Positions 15,757-23,639 of a stretch of DNA of 37,390 bases are shown piece after piece. Positions within the stretch are counted from its first letter, which is position 1; every line of letters begins with the position of its first letter. This DNA comes from a virus. The position numbers and the translations under genes are program-made. The notes under the pieces were generated by a model. That model saw nothing but the letters and a program-made list of their open reading frames with translations, did not search any database and was not told the DNA's origin. The stretch spans positions 1-37,390 of IMG/VR virus record IMGVR_UViG_3300045988_171491; one strand, written 5' to 3'.

Positions 15757-16152
15757 TTACCTTATTCCGCTATTTAGTTTCATGCTGAGCTTGAGAACAT
15801 TGAGAGTGACCCCCAACTCAGCAGCCAAATCCTCTAGGTTGTTGTTGCCCCAGCCAGTGCGTAGGCTTTTGAGAGCGCACGGATCAATAAGTCTTTTGGT
15901 GGCGATCCGGTCGCATTCCCGCTCGGTGGCGGAAACAGCAGCCGGGTGCATGTTCCCAGTGCCCGGTTCGTGCCCAGATTCCGCGTGCACGATTTCATGG
16001 GCTAGGACGCAGCGGGCGGCGGGGTAGGCTAGGCGCGGGGACAGCATAATGACCCCGCGGCCCAGGTAGAGCCCCAGAATATCGTCCCCGGGTTCTTGGG
16101 TGAGCACGCGCATCCCGAGCTCATCCGCGTGACGCCACGGATTGTAAAGCAT
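15757..16152 (-). CDS. ImmA/IrrE-family zinc metallopeptidase
   Basis: HEXXH motif (LAHEIVHAESGH). 131 aa, downstream of the XRE repressor. Confidence 0.8.
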   Translation of the reverse strand: MLYNPWRHADELGMRVLTQEPGDDILGLYLGRGVIMLSPRLAYPAARCVLAHEIVHAESGHEPGTGNMHPAAVSATERECDRIATKRLIDPCALKSLRTGWGNNNLEDLAAELGVTLNVLKLSMKLNSGIR

Positions 16153-16311
16153 TTGTGTGGTTATCTCCGATATGAAATTATGTTTGAGCGTGTGAAAGCC
16201 CAGTGTGGGGCTTGGTGAAATCTGATGCGTGGTTGGGGATTTCAGTTATATCGGTGAGTGATAGATGTGCTGGCGACAGTGCCCGCACCACAAAAGGCTG
16301 AAATGTGGGGG

Positions 16312-16704
16312 TTATCCCCAGTCGCCGCCACTTTCAGGGTCACCGCGTTTGGCGGCGAGCGCGTAACCATCCTTCCTGAGCTGCTGGCTTTGGGTGATAA
16401 GGGCCTGGATTTCCGGGTCGTTGGCGTAGGCGTGCTGTTGTTGTTGTTCGCGGGCGGCGGCGGTTTCGGCGCGGGCGATGATTTGGCTGGGTTTTTCTCC
16501 GAGTGCGTTGGCTATTTTTTCGAGCTGGGAGAGGTTGAGAGTTGAGGTGTCCCGGTAGATGGTTTTTGAGATGGTGGATTGGCTCACGCCGCTTTTGTCG
16601 CGCAGCCGGTATTGGCTGAAACTGCGGCGGGCAATGAGGCCCCGCAGCTCGGCGTGTATGGCCTTGACTAGGGGCGTTATTTCTATTGTTGTCGATCGTG
16701 CCAT
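16312..16704 (-). CDS. XRE/CI-type repressor
   Basis: HTH FSQYRLRDKSGVSQSTISKTIY...NLSQLEKIANALG. ATG 16704 lies 6 nt after a TATAAT box. The track start at 16929 is too far upstream. Confidence 0.8.
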   Translation of the reverse strand: MARSTTIEITPLVKAIHAELRGLIARRSFSQYRLRDKSGVSQSTISKTIYRDTSTLNLSQLEKIANALGEKPSQIIARAETAAAREQQQQHAYANDPEIQALITQSQQLRKDGYALAAKRGDPESGGDWG

Positions 16705-16812
16705 GATTCTATTATAGCAGATTATCTTTTGTATGAAATATTTTTCTCGATTCGGTTTGACGATGACCCCATATAGGGTATATAGTGTGTATATCAGCTC
16801 AACAGAGAGAGA
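16705..16812. promoter_or_regulatory. Divergent switch region (repressor vs cro-like promoters)
   Basis: Rightward: TTGACG (16757-16762), N18, TATAGT (16781-16786). Leftward: TATAAT (complement of 16711-16716) abuts the repressor ATG. CCCTATA/TATAGGG motifs are present. Confidence 0.6.
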
Positions 16813-17019
16813 ATGATGAAAAACCATGAGAATGCGCTCGCTCGCATCAAGTGGGTCATTAAGGACAAGGGCAAAACGCAACGGGAGCTCGCAGAGCACC
16901 TTGGGCGCACACCCACCTATGTGACTCACGCACTGAGCAACAGCGGAAATTTAAGGTTTAAAGAATTTATTGAGATAGCGGACTGGCTCAATATCGATCC
17001 AAAAGACCTACTCAAATAA
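16813..17019 (+). CDS. Cro-like XRE HTH regulator
   Basis: 68 aa with KGKTQRELAEHLGRTPTYVTHALS. It is divergent from the repressor. Confidence 0.8.
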   Translation: MMKNHENALARIKWVIKDKGKTQRELAEHLGRTPTYVTHALSNSGNLRFKEFIEIADWLNIDPKDLLK

Positions 17020-17082
17020 TTTTTTTAACCGACTGACCCTATATAAAGTTTTTCCAGGCTTTCTAGAATCAGGAAGAAGAAA

Positions 17083-17274
17083 ATGTGTGAATGCAAACAC
17101 AATCCACTCACCAGTGAGGAACTAGCGGAAAGGTGGCACACCACGCCCGCCGCGCTCGCAACCCGCCGATCCAGCGGCTCGGACATGCCCTGCGGCTTCA
17201 AAATCGGGCGCCGCTGGTTTTACCACCTCACGGACATTATCGCCTACGAGAACAGGGGTAAAGACGTTGGCTAG
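17083..17274 (+). CDS. Excisionase-family (HTH_17-like) DNA-binding protein
   Basis: LTSEELAERWHTTPAALATRR...FKIGRRWFYHLTDIIAYE. RBS AGGAAGAAGAAA. Confidence 0.6.
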   Translation: MCECKHNPLTSEELAERWHTTPAALATRRSSGSDMPCGFKIGRRWFYHLTDIIAYENRGKDVG

Positions 17275-17308
17275 GGCAATGGCATTATAAACCACCTATG
17301 AGGAATGG

Positions 17309-17548
17309 GTGTCGGACGCTCTCGCAGCAGTAGACGCGGTTTTCGCTGAGCAAGACACTCTCACCGCCGATGACCTGCACGGACGGGTTGAAGAGCCAGA
17401 CCACCCGAACTGGTGGGGAGCGCTCTTCAAAACACCAGAATTCAAGCAAACCGCCCGCTGGTGCGGCGAATGCAAAAACTCGACCCGAAAAGGACGCGCC
17501 GGGTCAATGATCAGGGTATGGCGCCGCCGCCAACTCACAGAAAGGTAA
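17309..17548 (+). CDS. Hypothetical protein
   Basis: 79-aa ORF in the early operon. No recognised motif. Confidence 0.45.
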   Translation: MSDALAAVDAVFAEQDTLTADDLHGRVEEPDHPNWWGALFKTPEFKQTARWCGECKNSTRKGRAGSMIRVWRRRQLTER

Positions 17549-18444
17549 AAGAATTGAGCACCAAGTACTTGTTCCCAGTGCTGGAAATCACCGAAGGGCT
17601 AACCGCCAACGAAAAACTGGTTTTGATCGCGCTCGCTGATATGGCCGATGATAAGGGGATTTGCTGGCCCGCGATGAAAAGCCTGGCTGGTAAATCAATC
17701 TGCTCAAAACGTACTGCGCAGCGGGCCATTAAGAACTTCGAAAAAATGAATTTGCTCACAAAATATGAGCGGCCTAATGACGATAAACGGAACGATTCGA
17801 ACTTATATCAGCTGCATTTTATGGAGCTGCTGCGCATGGGAAATTCCGAGCTAGTGGGTGACACACAGTCACCCAGTGGGCGACACACAGTCACCCACAG
17901 GGGTGACACACAGTCACCCAGTGGGCGACACACAGTCACCCAGGTGGGTGACACACAGTCACCCGAACCTATCAATAAAGAACCTATCAGGGGAACCTAT
18001 CAAGAACCTATCAAGGGAACCCGCGGCGCCGCCGCCGATGCGACCGGGGCCACAACGAAGCTTTTCGATGAATTCCGGGCAGCCTACCCGACTTCCCGCC
18101 GCGGCACCGAAGTGAAACAGGCCCGCGCACAATTCGCCGCCGCCGTGAAAAAAGTAGACGACCCCCAGGTCATCATCGCCGCCGCCGCGAAATACGCCAC
18201 CCACTGCAAAGTGCAAGGCACCGAACCGAAATACATCAAGAGCATGTGGCGGTGGTTACGTGACGAGCGTTACTTGGATGAATACGCCCCCGGCGCCGGG
18301 CAGTTCATGTCCCATGCATCCCGTGTACGCGCCCAAATGGGAGTCCACTCACCATTTTTCCCCGAAGCCACCCGCACCGAATCCCAGCAGCAGCTAGAGC
18401 CCGCCGCCCGCCCTCAAGAAGTTTTGGAGGTCACAGCCCGATGA
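17518..18444 (+). CDS. Replication initiator / replisome organiser (N-terminal winged-helix) containing ori iterons
   Basis: LTANEKLVLIALADMADDKGICWPAMKSLAGKSICSKRTAQRAIKNFEKMNLL is a winged-helix pattern. Start is ATG 17518 or TTG 17554. Internal iterons are present. Confidence 0.6.
   Translation: MAPPPTHRKVKELSTKYLFPVLEITEGLTANEKLVLIALADMADDKGICWPAMKSLAGKSICSKRTAQRAIKNFEKMNLLTKYERPNDDKRNDSNLYQLHFMELLRMGNSELVGDTQSPSGRHTVTHRGDTQSPSGRHTVTQVGDTQSPEPINKEPIRGTYQEPIKGTRGAAADATGATTKLFDEFRAAYPTSRRGTEVKQARAQFAAAVKKVDDPQVIIAAAAKYATHCKVQGTEPKYIKSMWRWLRDERYLDEYAPGAGQFMSHASRVRAQMGVHSPFFPEATRTESQQQLEPAARPQEVLEVTAR
17860..17964. repeat. Five iterons GACACACAGTCACCC (palindromic GGTGAC-ACACA-GTCACC core), 22-23-bp period
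   Basis: Copies start at 17860, 17882, 17905, 17927 and 17950. Confidence 0.9.
17966..18013. repeat. Four direct repeats AACCTATCA
   Basis: Copies lie at 17966, 17981, 17994 and 18005, directly after the iteron set. Confidence 0.85.
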
Positions 18445-18917
18445 CACCGGATGAAGTCAGACAATTCTATGCTTGGGCGGCGTCCGCCGATTCACGGCTA
18501 GAGCCGCTAGACGATGCAGACCTGCACATCTGGGCAGGAATCCTGCGAGACGTGCCCTTCGCTGACGCCGCCGAGCTCATCCGCCGCCTCTACTCGACTG
18601 AGCGGATGCTCAAGCTGCAGCCCGGCACCGTCCTAGAAGCCTGGAAAGAATACTCCCAGGAAATGCGCCGCGAAATCACCGCCCTCAAAAGGCTCAGGTC
18701 GAAATACGGGCAGAAAGTCTTCGAAATCATCCGCCGTGAAATCGCTGAGACCTACAACCGCCGCGCATCCCAGCTGCCCGGGCACCTCATCGCCGAGCAC
18801 GGATTCACCCCCCTGCCCGTCCCCCCAGCCCTAGAAGCATCCACCGGGGAAAAAATCCCCATGCCCGAGACCGTGCGCCGGATGCTCACCACCATCGGCA
18901 CCGGGAGCAAGCAATGA
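18441..18917 (+). CDS. Hypothetical protein (weak resemblance to G39P-type helicase-loader N-domain)
   Basis: ATGA coupling to the initiator gene. The pattern W..IL.DVPFADAAELIRRLY...L.PG.VLEAWKEY is present. The position suggests a replication accessory role. Confidence 0.3.
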   Translation: MTPDEVRQFYAWAASADSRLEPLDDADLHIWAGILRDVPFADAAELIRRLYSTERMLKLQPGTVLEAWKEYSQEMRREITALKRLRSKYGQKVFEIIRREIAETYNRRASQLPGHLIAEHGFTPLPVPPALEASTGEKIPMPETVRRMLTTIGTGSKQ

Positions 18918-19162
18918 GCGCACAAAAGCTCATCGCCGCGATGAGCGCCCACACCAGCACCCGCGCCGGGAAGCTCGCCCTGCTATGGATCGCCCACACA
19001 GCCAGCGACAGCGGGGAATGCCTCACCAGAGACGAAGCGCTCGCAGAATTCTGCGACCTGCACGAAACCGACGTGCCAGCCGTACTAGACGAATTGGACT
19101 GGCACAGCCACCTGACCTACTGCGGTGACCGGCACCGGCGCCGCATCCAACTACACATCTAG
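18914..19162 (+). CDS. Hypothetical protein
   Basis: ATGA-coupled 82-aa ORF. Confidence 0.5.
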   Translation: MSAQKLIAAMSAHTSTRAGKLALLWIAHTASDSGECLTRDEALAEFCDLHETDVPAVLDELDWHSHLTYCGDRHRRRIQLHI

Positions 19163-19173
19163 GAGAAAACAAC

Positions 19174-19407
19174 ATGACCGCCGAAGAAATTATCGAGATT
19201 CTGCAGAGCCGCGCCCAGAAAGCGCATTCTGTGGCCCGGATAACGGAAGAAGTTCTAGAACTTGCCGAAAAAGGCGTTTTCACCGTCACCGAAGAGCGGG
19301 AAACCGAGATGATGCGATCCATGATCATCAACCGGGTTGTCCACGTGGCGCTTGAAGACATCCTCGAAGAAATCCAGGCCACCCCCGAGCCCGCCCCCGC
19401 CGAATAA
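19174..19407 (+). CDS. Hypothetical protein
   Basis: RBS TAGGAGAAAACAAC before the ATG; 77 aa. Confidence 0.55.
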   Translation: MTAEEIIEILQSRAQKAHSVARITEEVLELAEKGVFTVTEERETEMMRSMIINRVVHVALEDILEEIQATPEPAPAE

Positions 19408-19426
19408 ACAACAGGAAGGAAAAACC

Positions 19427-19729
19427 ATGACTACAACACCGCCGTCCGATGCTGGTGCAGAAGCCGTACTCGAATCCCTCGCAGCCCAAGTCAATAAGCA
19501 GCTTGACATGTCAGATGACGCGCTCTTTGGGTATCTCAAAGCCTACGGCAACCCCGAAACACCGCCCCACGAAGTAGAAAACGCATACCGCGCCTACCGG
19601 GCAGCCTCCGCCGCGTACACCGCGCTCCAAGAAGCGCTCGCATCCGCCCGCGCCGCCGCCTGGGCGCACTCGCTGAAAAACGCACGAGAAAACGCAGACA
19701 CCACCAAGACCGAAACCATCGCTATTTAG
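19427..19729 (+). CDS. Hypothetical protein
   Basis: ATG 19427 follows AGGAAGGAAAAACC. The track start at 19337 overlaps the upstream gene. Confidence 0.5.
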   Translation: MTTTPPSDAGAEAVLESLAAQVNKQLDMSDDALFGYLKAYGNPETPPHEVENAYRAYRAASAAYTALQEALASARAAAWAHSLKNARENADTTKTETIAI

Positions 19730-19774
19730 CCCACAGCAGCCCCGCAGGCTGACGAAACACCCAAAGAAGGAACA

Positions 19775-20017
19775 ATGACCCACCGCAACAACGAAAACCG
19801 CTCACAGAAGCCGCAGACACCAACCAGCGCTGACTGGTGGCTAGAACGGCTCACCTGGGAAGCCGTCAAAAAATTCCGGGCCAACCACCCAGACAACGGA
19901 GCTAAAGCCTTCGCCCACGACATGGCCCACTACGCCCACCGCGTCCAAGGCCGCATCAACCGCACCCCCACGATGGTGGATGTTCTCGAATACGCCCGCA
20001 CCATCCACACCCGCTAA
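19775..20017 (+). CDS. Hypothetical protein
   Basis: RBS AGAAGGAACA before the ATG; 80 aa. Confidence 0.5.
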   Translation: MTHRNNENRSQKPQTPTSADWWLERLTWEAVKKFRANHPDNGAKAFAHDMAHYAHRVQGRINRTPTMVDVLEYARTIHTR

Positions 20018-20045
20018 AAACCGCCCTGACAAGGAGAAAAAGAAC

Positions 20046-20237
20046 ATGAAAAACTTCAACGGCTTCGAAGATTTCGACACCGAAGACACCCCCACCATCA
20101 ACCCCATCGCAAAATTCATCGGCTGCAGCGGGATCGCAATCGTATCCACCATCACGCTCATCATCGCCCTAGCCGCCGCCGCGCTTATCGTCATCGGCAT
20201 TATCCGCCTCATCATCCTCATCATCACCGGCGCATAA
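20046..20237 (+). CDS. Small membrane protein
   Basis: RBS AAGGAGAAAAAGAAC. It has a long hydrophobic stretch (IAIVSTITLIIALAAAALIVIGIIRLIILIITGA). Confidence 0.5.
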   Translation: MKNFNGFEDFDTEDTPTINPIAKFIGCSGIAIVSTITLIIALAAAALIVIGIIRLIILIITGA

Positions 20238-20256
20238 ACCCACAGAAAGAAAAACC

Positions 20257-20460
20257 ATGACCCCCGAAACCATCACCGCCTGGGTAATTTTCCTTATCGT
20301 CACCGCCGCCGCGGTCACCGCCGCCGCGTGGATCGACAAAACCCGCGCCCGCGCACTCATCAGCCGCGGAGCCTACAACACCCGCACCGCCGCCGTTTAC
20401 ACCACATGGGCGCTCGCATCCGCCGCTCCGCTGTGGGTCATCATCAGCAGCAACGCATAG
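20257..20460 (+). CDS. Small membrane protein
   Basis: Two hydrophobic helices; RBS AGAAAGAAAAACC. Confidence 0.5.
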   Translation: MTPETITAWVIFLIVTAAAVTAAAWIDKTRARALISRGAYNTRTAAVYTTWALASAAPLWVIISSNA

Positions 20461-20477
20461 ACAAGGAGAAAAGAAAA

Positions 20478-20798
20478 ATGGACTCTAACCCTCAGACCCC
20501 AGAAGGGCTGCAGCTATTCGCCTCAGCGGCACAAACCATAGCCGCCGCTATCAAGAAAAACCTTAAAGACACCCTGGTGCGTGATTTACAGCGCCGTGCC
20601 AAAGCCGCCGGGTACACGCTCACCCCGCACCGCACCAAAATCCACCGGATAGACGGTGAAAACCAGTGGCGCGCCGTGTGTGAAGACTGCCTGGGCTTCG
20701 ACATCGACGTTAAAACCCACGCCCAGGCGATCAGTGAAGCTTCAGAGCATTCAAGCACCCAGTGGACACTAGCCGAAGAGGTCACCGGCGATGAGTAA
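20478..20798 (+). CDS. Hypothetical protein
   Basis: ATG 20478 follows CAAGGAGAAAAGAAAA; 106 aa. Confidence 0.5.
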   Translation: MDSNPQTPEGLQLFASAAQTIAAAIKKNLKDTLVRDLQRRAKAAGYTLTPHRTKIHRIDGENQWRAVCEDCLGFDIDVKTHAQAISEASEHSSTQWTLAEEVTGDE

Positions 20799-21066
20799 AA
20801 CTGAGACGCTGAAGGTTTTCCGGGTCAAAGACGCCACCAACCAGAGATACCCCTTCGCGGCGCTGATCATCAGCTACGGGGAAACACCTACCGGCGAAAT
20901 CACCCGCGAAAAAGCTATCCATGATGCTGTGCGCTCGCTCTTCCCCAGCGACTGGCTGCACCTGGACTACCAGGCCCAGGAAATCTACGCTGGCACCCCG
21001 GATGCTGACAATTACGAGCCCATCGCAGTGTGGGAAATCAAGGAAACGCTAGGAGAAACAAGCTGA
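20791..21066 (+). CDS. Hypothetical protein
   Basis: 91-aa ORF overlapping the upstream stop. Confidence 0.5.
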   Translation: MSKTETLKVFRVKDATNQRYPFAALIISYGETPTGEITREKAIHDAVRSLFPSDWLHLDYQAQEIYAGTPDADNYEPIAVWEIKETLGETS

Positions 21067-21326
21067 TGCCCACAGTGCCATACCGCACACACCGGCCCGC
21101 CGTCGAATACAAGAGCATCCCAGAAATGTGGACAGTCGAATGCAAAGACTGTGAAAACGCGGGCGTCTACCGGTGTGGCATGCCCACCCTCTACGACACC
21201 CAGCAAGAAGCCTTAGCCGCAGCCGCCGCACACGCCCGCCTGAACCTCATCGCCGCAGACGAAGAAACCACCAAAATAAGCCCAGATGGTGAAGGCATTA
21301 TCCGCAAATACACGGGGCGGCCCTAA
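21066..21326 (+). CDS. Hypothetical protein
   Basis: TGATG overlap with the upstream stop (21064-21066). Confidence 0.45.
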   Translation: MPTVPYRTHRPAVEYKSIPEMWTVECKDCENAGVYRCGMPTLYDTQQEALAAAAAHARLNLIAADEETTKISPDGEGIIRKYTGRP

Positions 21327-21535
21327 TGACCCGTGAAGAATACATCGACGCGAACCTCACCCTGCAGCTACTCGGAGCGCTCGCTGAAGAACACGGCGGG
21401 CTTACCGGGTACAGCAACGAAACCAGCGGGTCAGTGCGCCTCACGCTGCGTTTCGCGGACGGCACCGCCTACCGGTACGCCGAAGACGGCGGGGCCGTGA
21501 CCCTCACCGACATCACAGAAACGGAGACAGAATAA
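21326..21535 (+). CDS. Hypothetical protein
   Basis: TAATG coupling; 69 aa. Confidence 0.45.
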   Translation: MTREEYIDANLTLQLLGALAEEHGGLTGYSNETSGSVRLTLRFADGTAYRYAEDGGAVTLTDITETETE

Positions 21536-21993
21536 TGCCCCTCATCTGGACACTCGCAGCCCTCACCGCACTGAACATCACGCTAGGGCTCTGGCACCAC
21601 CGCGCCCTATCATCCCACCGCAAAGCCATAGAAGACCTGCAGCAGATCACCCAGAAAATCATCATCGGAACCCAAGGAACCCGCAGGAGCCTCAACAACC
21701 TCACCCAAGAAATCAACGACCTAAAAACCAAAATCACCTACACCCCCTACGGCACCCGCCAACACCTCACCAGCCTCGAAAAAACCATCGAGCAGCTAGG
21801 GAACGACCTTACCGCGGTAGAGCAGAAAACAGACCTATCCGTCAAAGAAACTAAGAGGCGGCTGGACAGCTACGGCGCCAACAACGCCAAGCGCCTACAC
21901 CAGCATGACGAATATGACCGCCGCATCCGCCAACTAGAAATCTGGAAAGCCCTCACAACTCAAACCACAAGCACCCACGACCCCAGGGAATAA
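21535..21993 (+). CDS. N-terminally anchored coiled-coil protein
   Basis: Hydrophobic N-terminus (LIWTLAALTALNITLGLW), then heptad-like helical sequence. Confidence 0.45.
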   Translation: MPLIWTLAALTALNITLGLWHHRALSSHRKAIEDLQQITQKIIIGTQGTRRSLNNLTQEINDLKTKITYTPYGTRQHLTSLEKTIEQLGNDLTAVEQKTDLSVKETKRRLDSYGANNAKRLHQHDEYDRRIRQLEIWKALTTQTTSTHDPRE

Positions 21994-21997
21994 CCCC

Positions 21998-22399
21998 ATG
22001 CCCAGACACAACAAAACCTGCAGCCGGTGCGGCACCCCATACGACGCCCCGAACCCCGAATGCATCACCTGCCGCCGCCGCACCAACCAGCAACGCCGCC
22101 GCCGCGGCGAATCAAAACCACGGCCCCGCCGCACACCCAAACCACCCAAAACCACATGCCACCAATGCGGCGGCCCACTCGAAAACCGCACCCGCGGCTG
22201 CCGCACCTGCTACCAGCGCCACTACTACCGGAAACAGAAAGATGGACAAAACAATGGGAAAAACCTCACCAGCGAGCAGCTCGACCGAGACCCAGGGCTC
22301 GCAACCTTCATCGCAACCCGCCGCGCCCGCCGAAATCCACTTCACCGTCACAGGCCGCCCACACCCCAAAGCCCGGCCCCGCTTCACTCAACGCGGTAA
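21998..22399 (+). CDS. Zinc-ribbon protein (two CxxC...CxxC pairs), 3' end uncertain
   Basis: CSRCG..CITC and CHQCG..CRTC. The 3' 158 nt overlaps the rusA frame in T-depleted DNA, where stop codons are rare. Confidence 0.4.
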   Translation: MPRHNKTCSRCGTPYDAPNPECITCRRRTNQQRRRRGESKPRPRRTPKPPKTTCHQCGGPLENRTRGCRTCYQRHYYRKQKDGQNNGKNLTSEQLDRDPGLATFIATRRARRNPLHRHRPPTPQSPAPLHSTR

Positions 22400-22706
22400 A
22401 AAAATCATCACCTACACCCCCCAAACCACCGTAGATGCAGAACGTCGCATCATCGCCGCATGGAGAAAAGCAACCGGCGGCACACCCCAAACAAACCCCC
22501 ATACCAGATACAAGGTCACCCTGCGCTTCATCCTCCCAGACCGCCGCCGCGTAGACCTCGACAACCTCACAAAAACCGTGCTCGACGCCCTCAACCGCCG
22601 CGCCTGGGCGGACGACACCCAAATCTACCAAATCCACGCCCAAAAATACGTGCTCGCAGGAGCAAACCCAGTAACCCAAATCAGCATCCAAGAAATCCGC
22701 AGCTAA
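22242..22706 (+). CDS. rusA: RusA-family Holliday junction resolvase
   Basis: PDRRRVDLDNLTKTVLDALN..AWADDTQI closely matches the E. coli RusA core PDRRRRDLDNLQKAAFDAL. The N-terminal extent is uncertain. Confidence 0.85.
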   Translation: MDKTMGKTSPASSSTETQGSQPSSQPAAPAEIHFTVTGRPHPKARPRFTQRGKKIITYTPQTTVDAERRIIAAWRKATGGTPQTNPHTRYKVTLRFILPDRRRVDLDNLTKTVLDALNRRAWADDTQIYQIHAQKYVLAGANPVTQISIQEIRS

Positions 22707-22765
22707 CCCACAAAACCACACCCCAGGCACAGCACACCCACCAGCTCACAGAAAGAAAAACCCTA

Positions 22766-23374
22766 ATGCTGAAAAAAACCCCCGCGCTCGCGGTGTCTGT
22801 AACTGACCTCACCGACGGGCGGCCCCGGATGATCGTGCGTGATTACCGCGATAAGCCCACCGGGAAGATAGTGCAGAAATCGGAGCTAGTGCGGGAAATG
22901 CCGCTGCTGGATGTGCTTGCTGAGGCGTGCGCTGGGGGTGCGCGGAATAACGCCGCGTCCAGTGGCGCGGTAGGGTCACGGATGCTGATCAGCTCAGATG
23001 CTCTGGAAATCGTCCAGCATATCCAGGCCACGGTGCAGGGGTACGGGTCTTCTCATGATATGAAAGCGCAGATGCGTGCCTGGGCTGTCGCGTGTGAAGC
23101 TGACGCGCCGGATACGGAGCGGGTGGCGGCTGCGGTTGCTTATCACTGGTGCGAGCGTATCCGGGCGCTCCACTACGTGGAGCATGAGCTTGACGCGGCC
23201 TGCCCTGTGTGTGGTGAATTTTTTGTGCGCTACGCTGACCCCGCCGGGGGGTGGGTGCAGCAGCGGGCGCTCTGCTGGAATGTTACCCGCGCAATGTGCC
23301 GCGGCTGCGGTGAAATCTGGGAGGGGGAGCATGGGATGCGGGATTTAGCTGCGTCGATTCATCGCAGAATTTAA
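22766..23374 (+). CDS. Cys-rich hypothetical protein (CPVCG...CRGCG)
   Basis: ATG 22766. The track ORF upstream part (22460-22765) is a Pro/Arg-rich compositional artefact. Confidence 0.5.
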   Translation: MLKKTPALAVSVTDLTDGRPRMIVRDYRDKPTGKIVQKSELVREMPLLDVLAEACAGGARNNAASSGAVGSRMLISSDALEIVQHIQATVQGYGSSHDMKAQMRAWAVACEADAPDTERVAAAVAYHWCERIRALHYVEHELDAACPVCGEFFVRYADPAGGWVQQRALCWNVTRAMCRGCGEIWEGEHGMRDLAASIHRRI

Positions 23375-23485
23375 CACCTGGGGCATGATTTTTCGCAGCG
23401 TGTTAATCTGGTGTCACCTCGGGTGGACTACGCCCAGATAGCAGTTTTGCTGAGACTGTGCCATGTGGATGAGTGAACGCGAAAG

Positions 23486-23512
23486 GCCCTGCCGGTTAGG
23501 CGGGGCTTTTCT
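23486..23512 (+). terminator. Intrinsic terminator of the early operon
   Basis: GCCCTGCC (23486-23493) pairs with GGCGGGGC (23499-23506), one G-U pair, then TTTTCT. Confidence 0.7.
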
Positions 23513-23566
23513 CATGCCCGGGCCCCGTGCGTGCCCTGGTTTGGAGCTGTGCACGCCCGGGGGTAT

Positions 23567-23639
23567 GTGCGGGTAGCTCAGCCGGTAGAGCAGCGGTCTC
23601 CAAAACCGCAGGTCGCAGGTTCGACCCCTGCCCCGCATG
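23567..23639 (+). tRNA. tRNA-Trp (anticodon CCA)
   Basis: Manual cloverleaf: acceptor GTGCGGG/CCCGCAT (G1-U72), D arm GCTC-AGCCGGTA-GAGC, anticodon arm GCGGT-CTCCAAA-ACCGC, T arm GCAGG-TTCGACC-CCTGC, discriminator G. No CCA is encoded. Confidence 0.85.

Noticed and set aside
16258-16545. A 95-aa plus-strand ORF
   Set aside because: It is antisense to the XRE repressor gene and is Gly/Ala/Val-rich low-complexity sequence.
17857-18020. A regularly spaced repeat array considered as CRISPR or a minisatellite
   Set aside because: The repeats are 15-nt palindromic units at a 22-23-bp period, with almost no unique spacers, inside an initiator gene. That fits replication-origin iterons, not CRISPR.
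22027-22765. Pro/Arg/Thr-rich ORFs (22027..22434 and the 5' part of 22460..23374)
   Set aside because: They are a by-product of the T-depleted strand, where stop codons are rare. They have no RBS. The recognisable products (zinc ribbon, RusA, MLKKTPAL... protein) are in other frames or start downstream.
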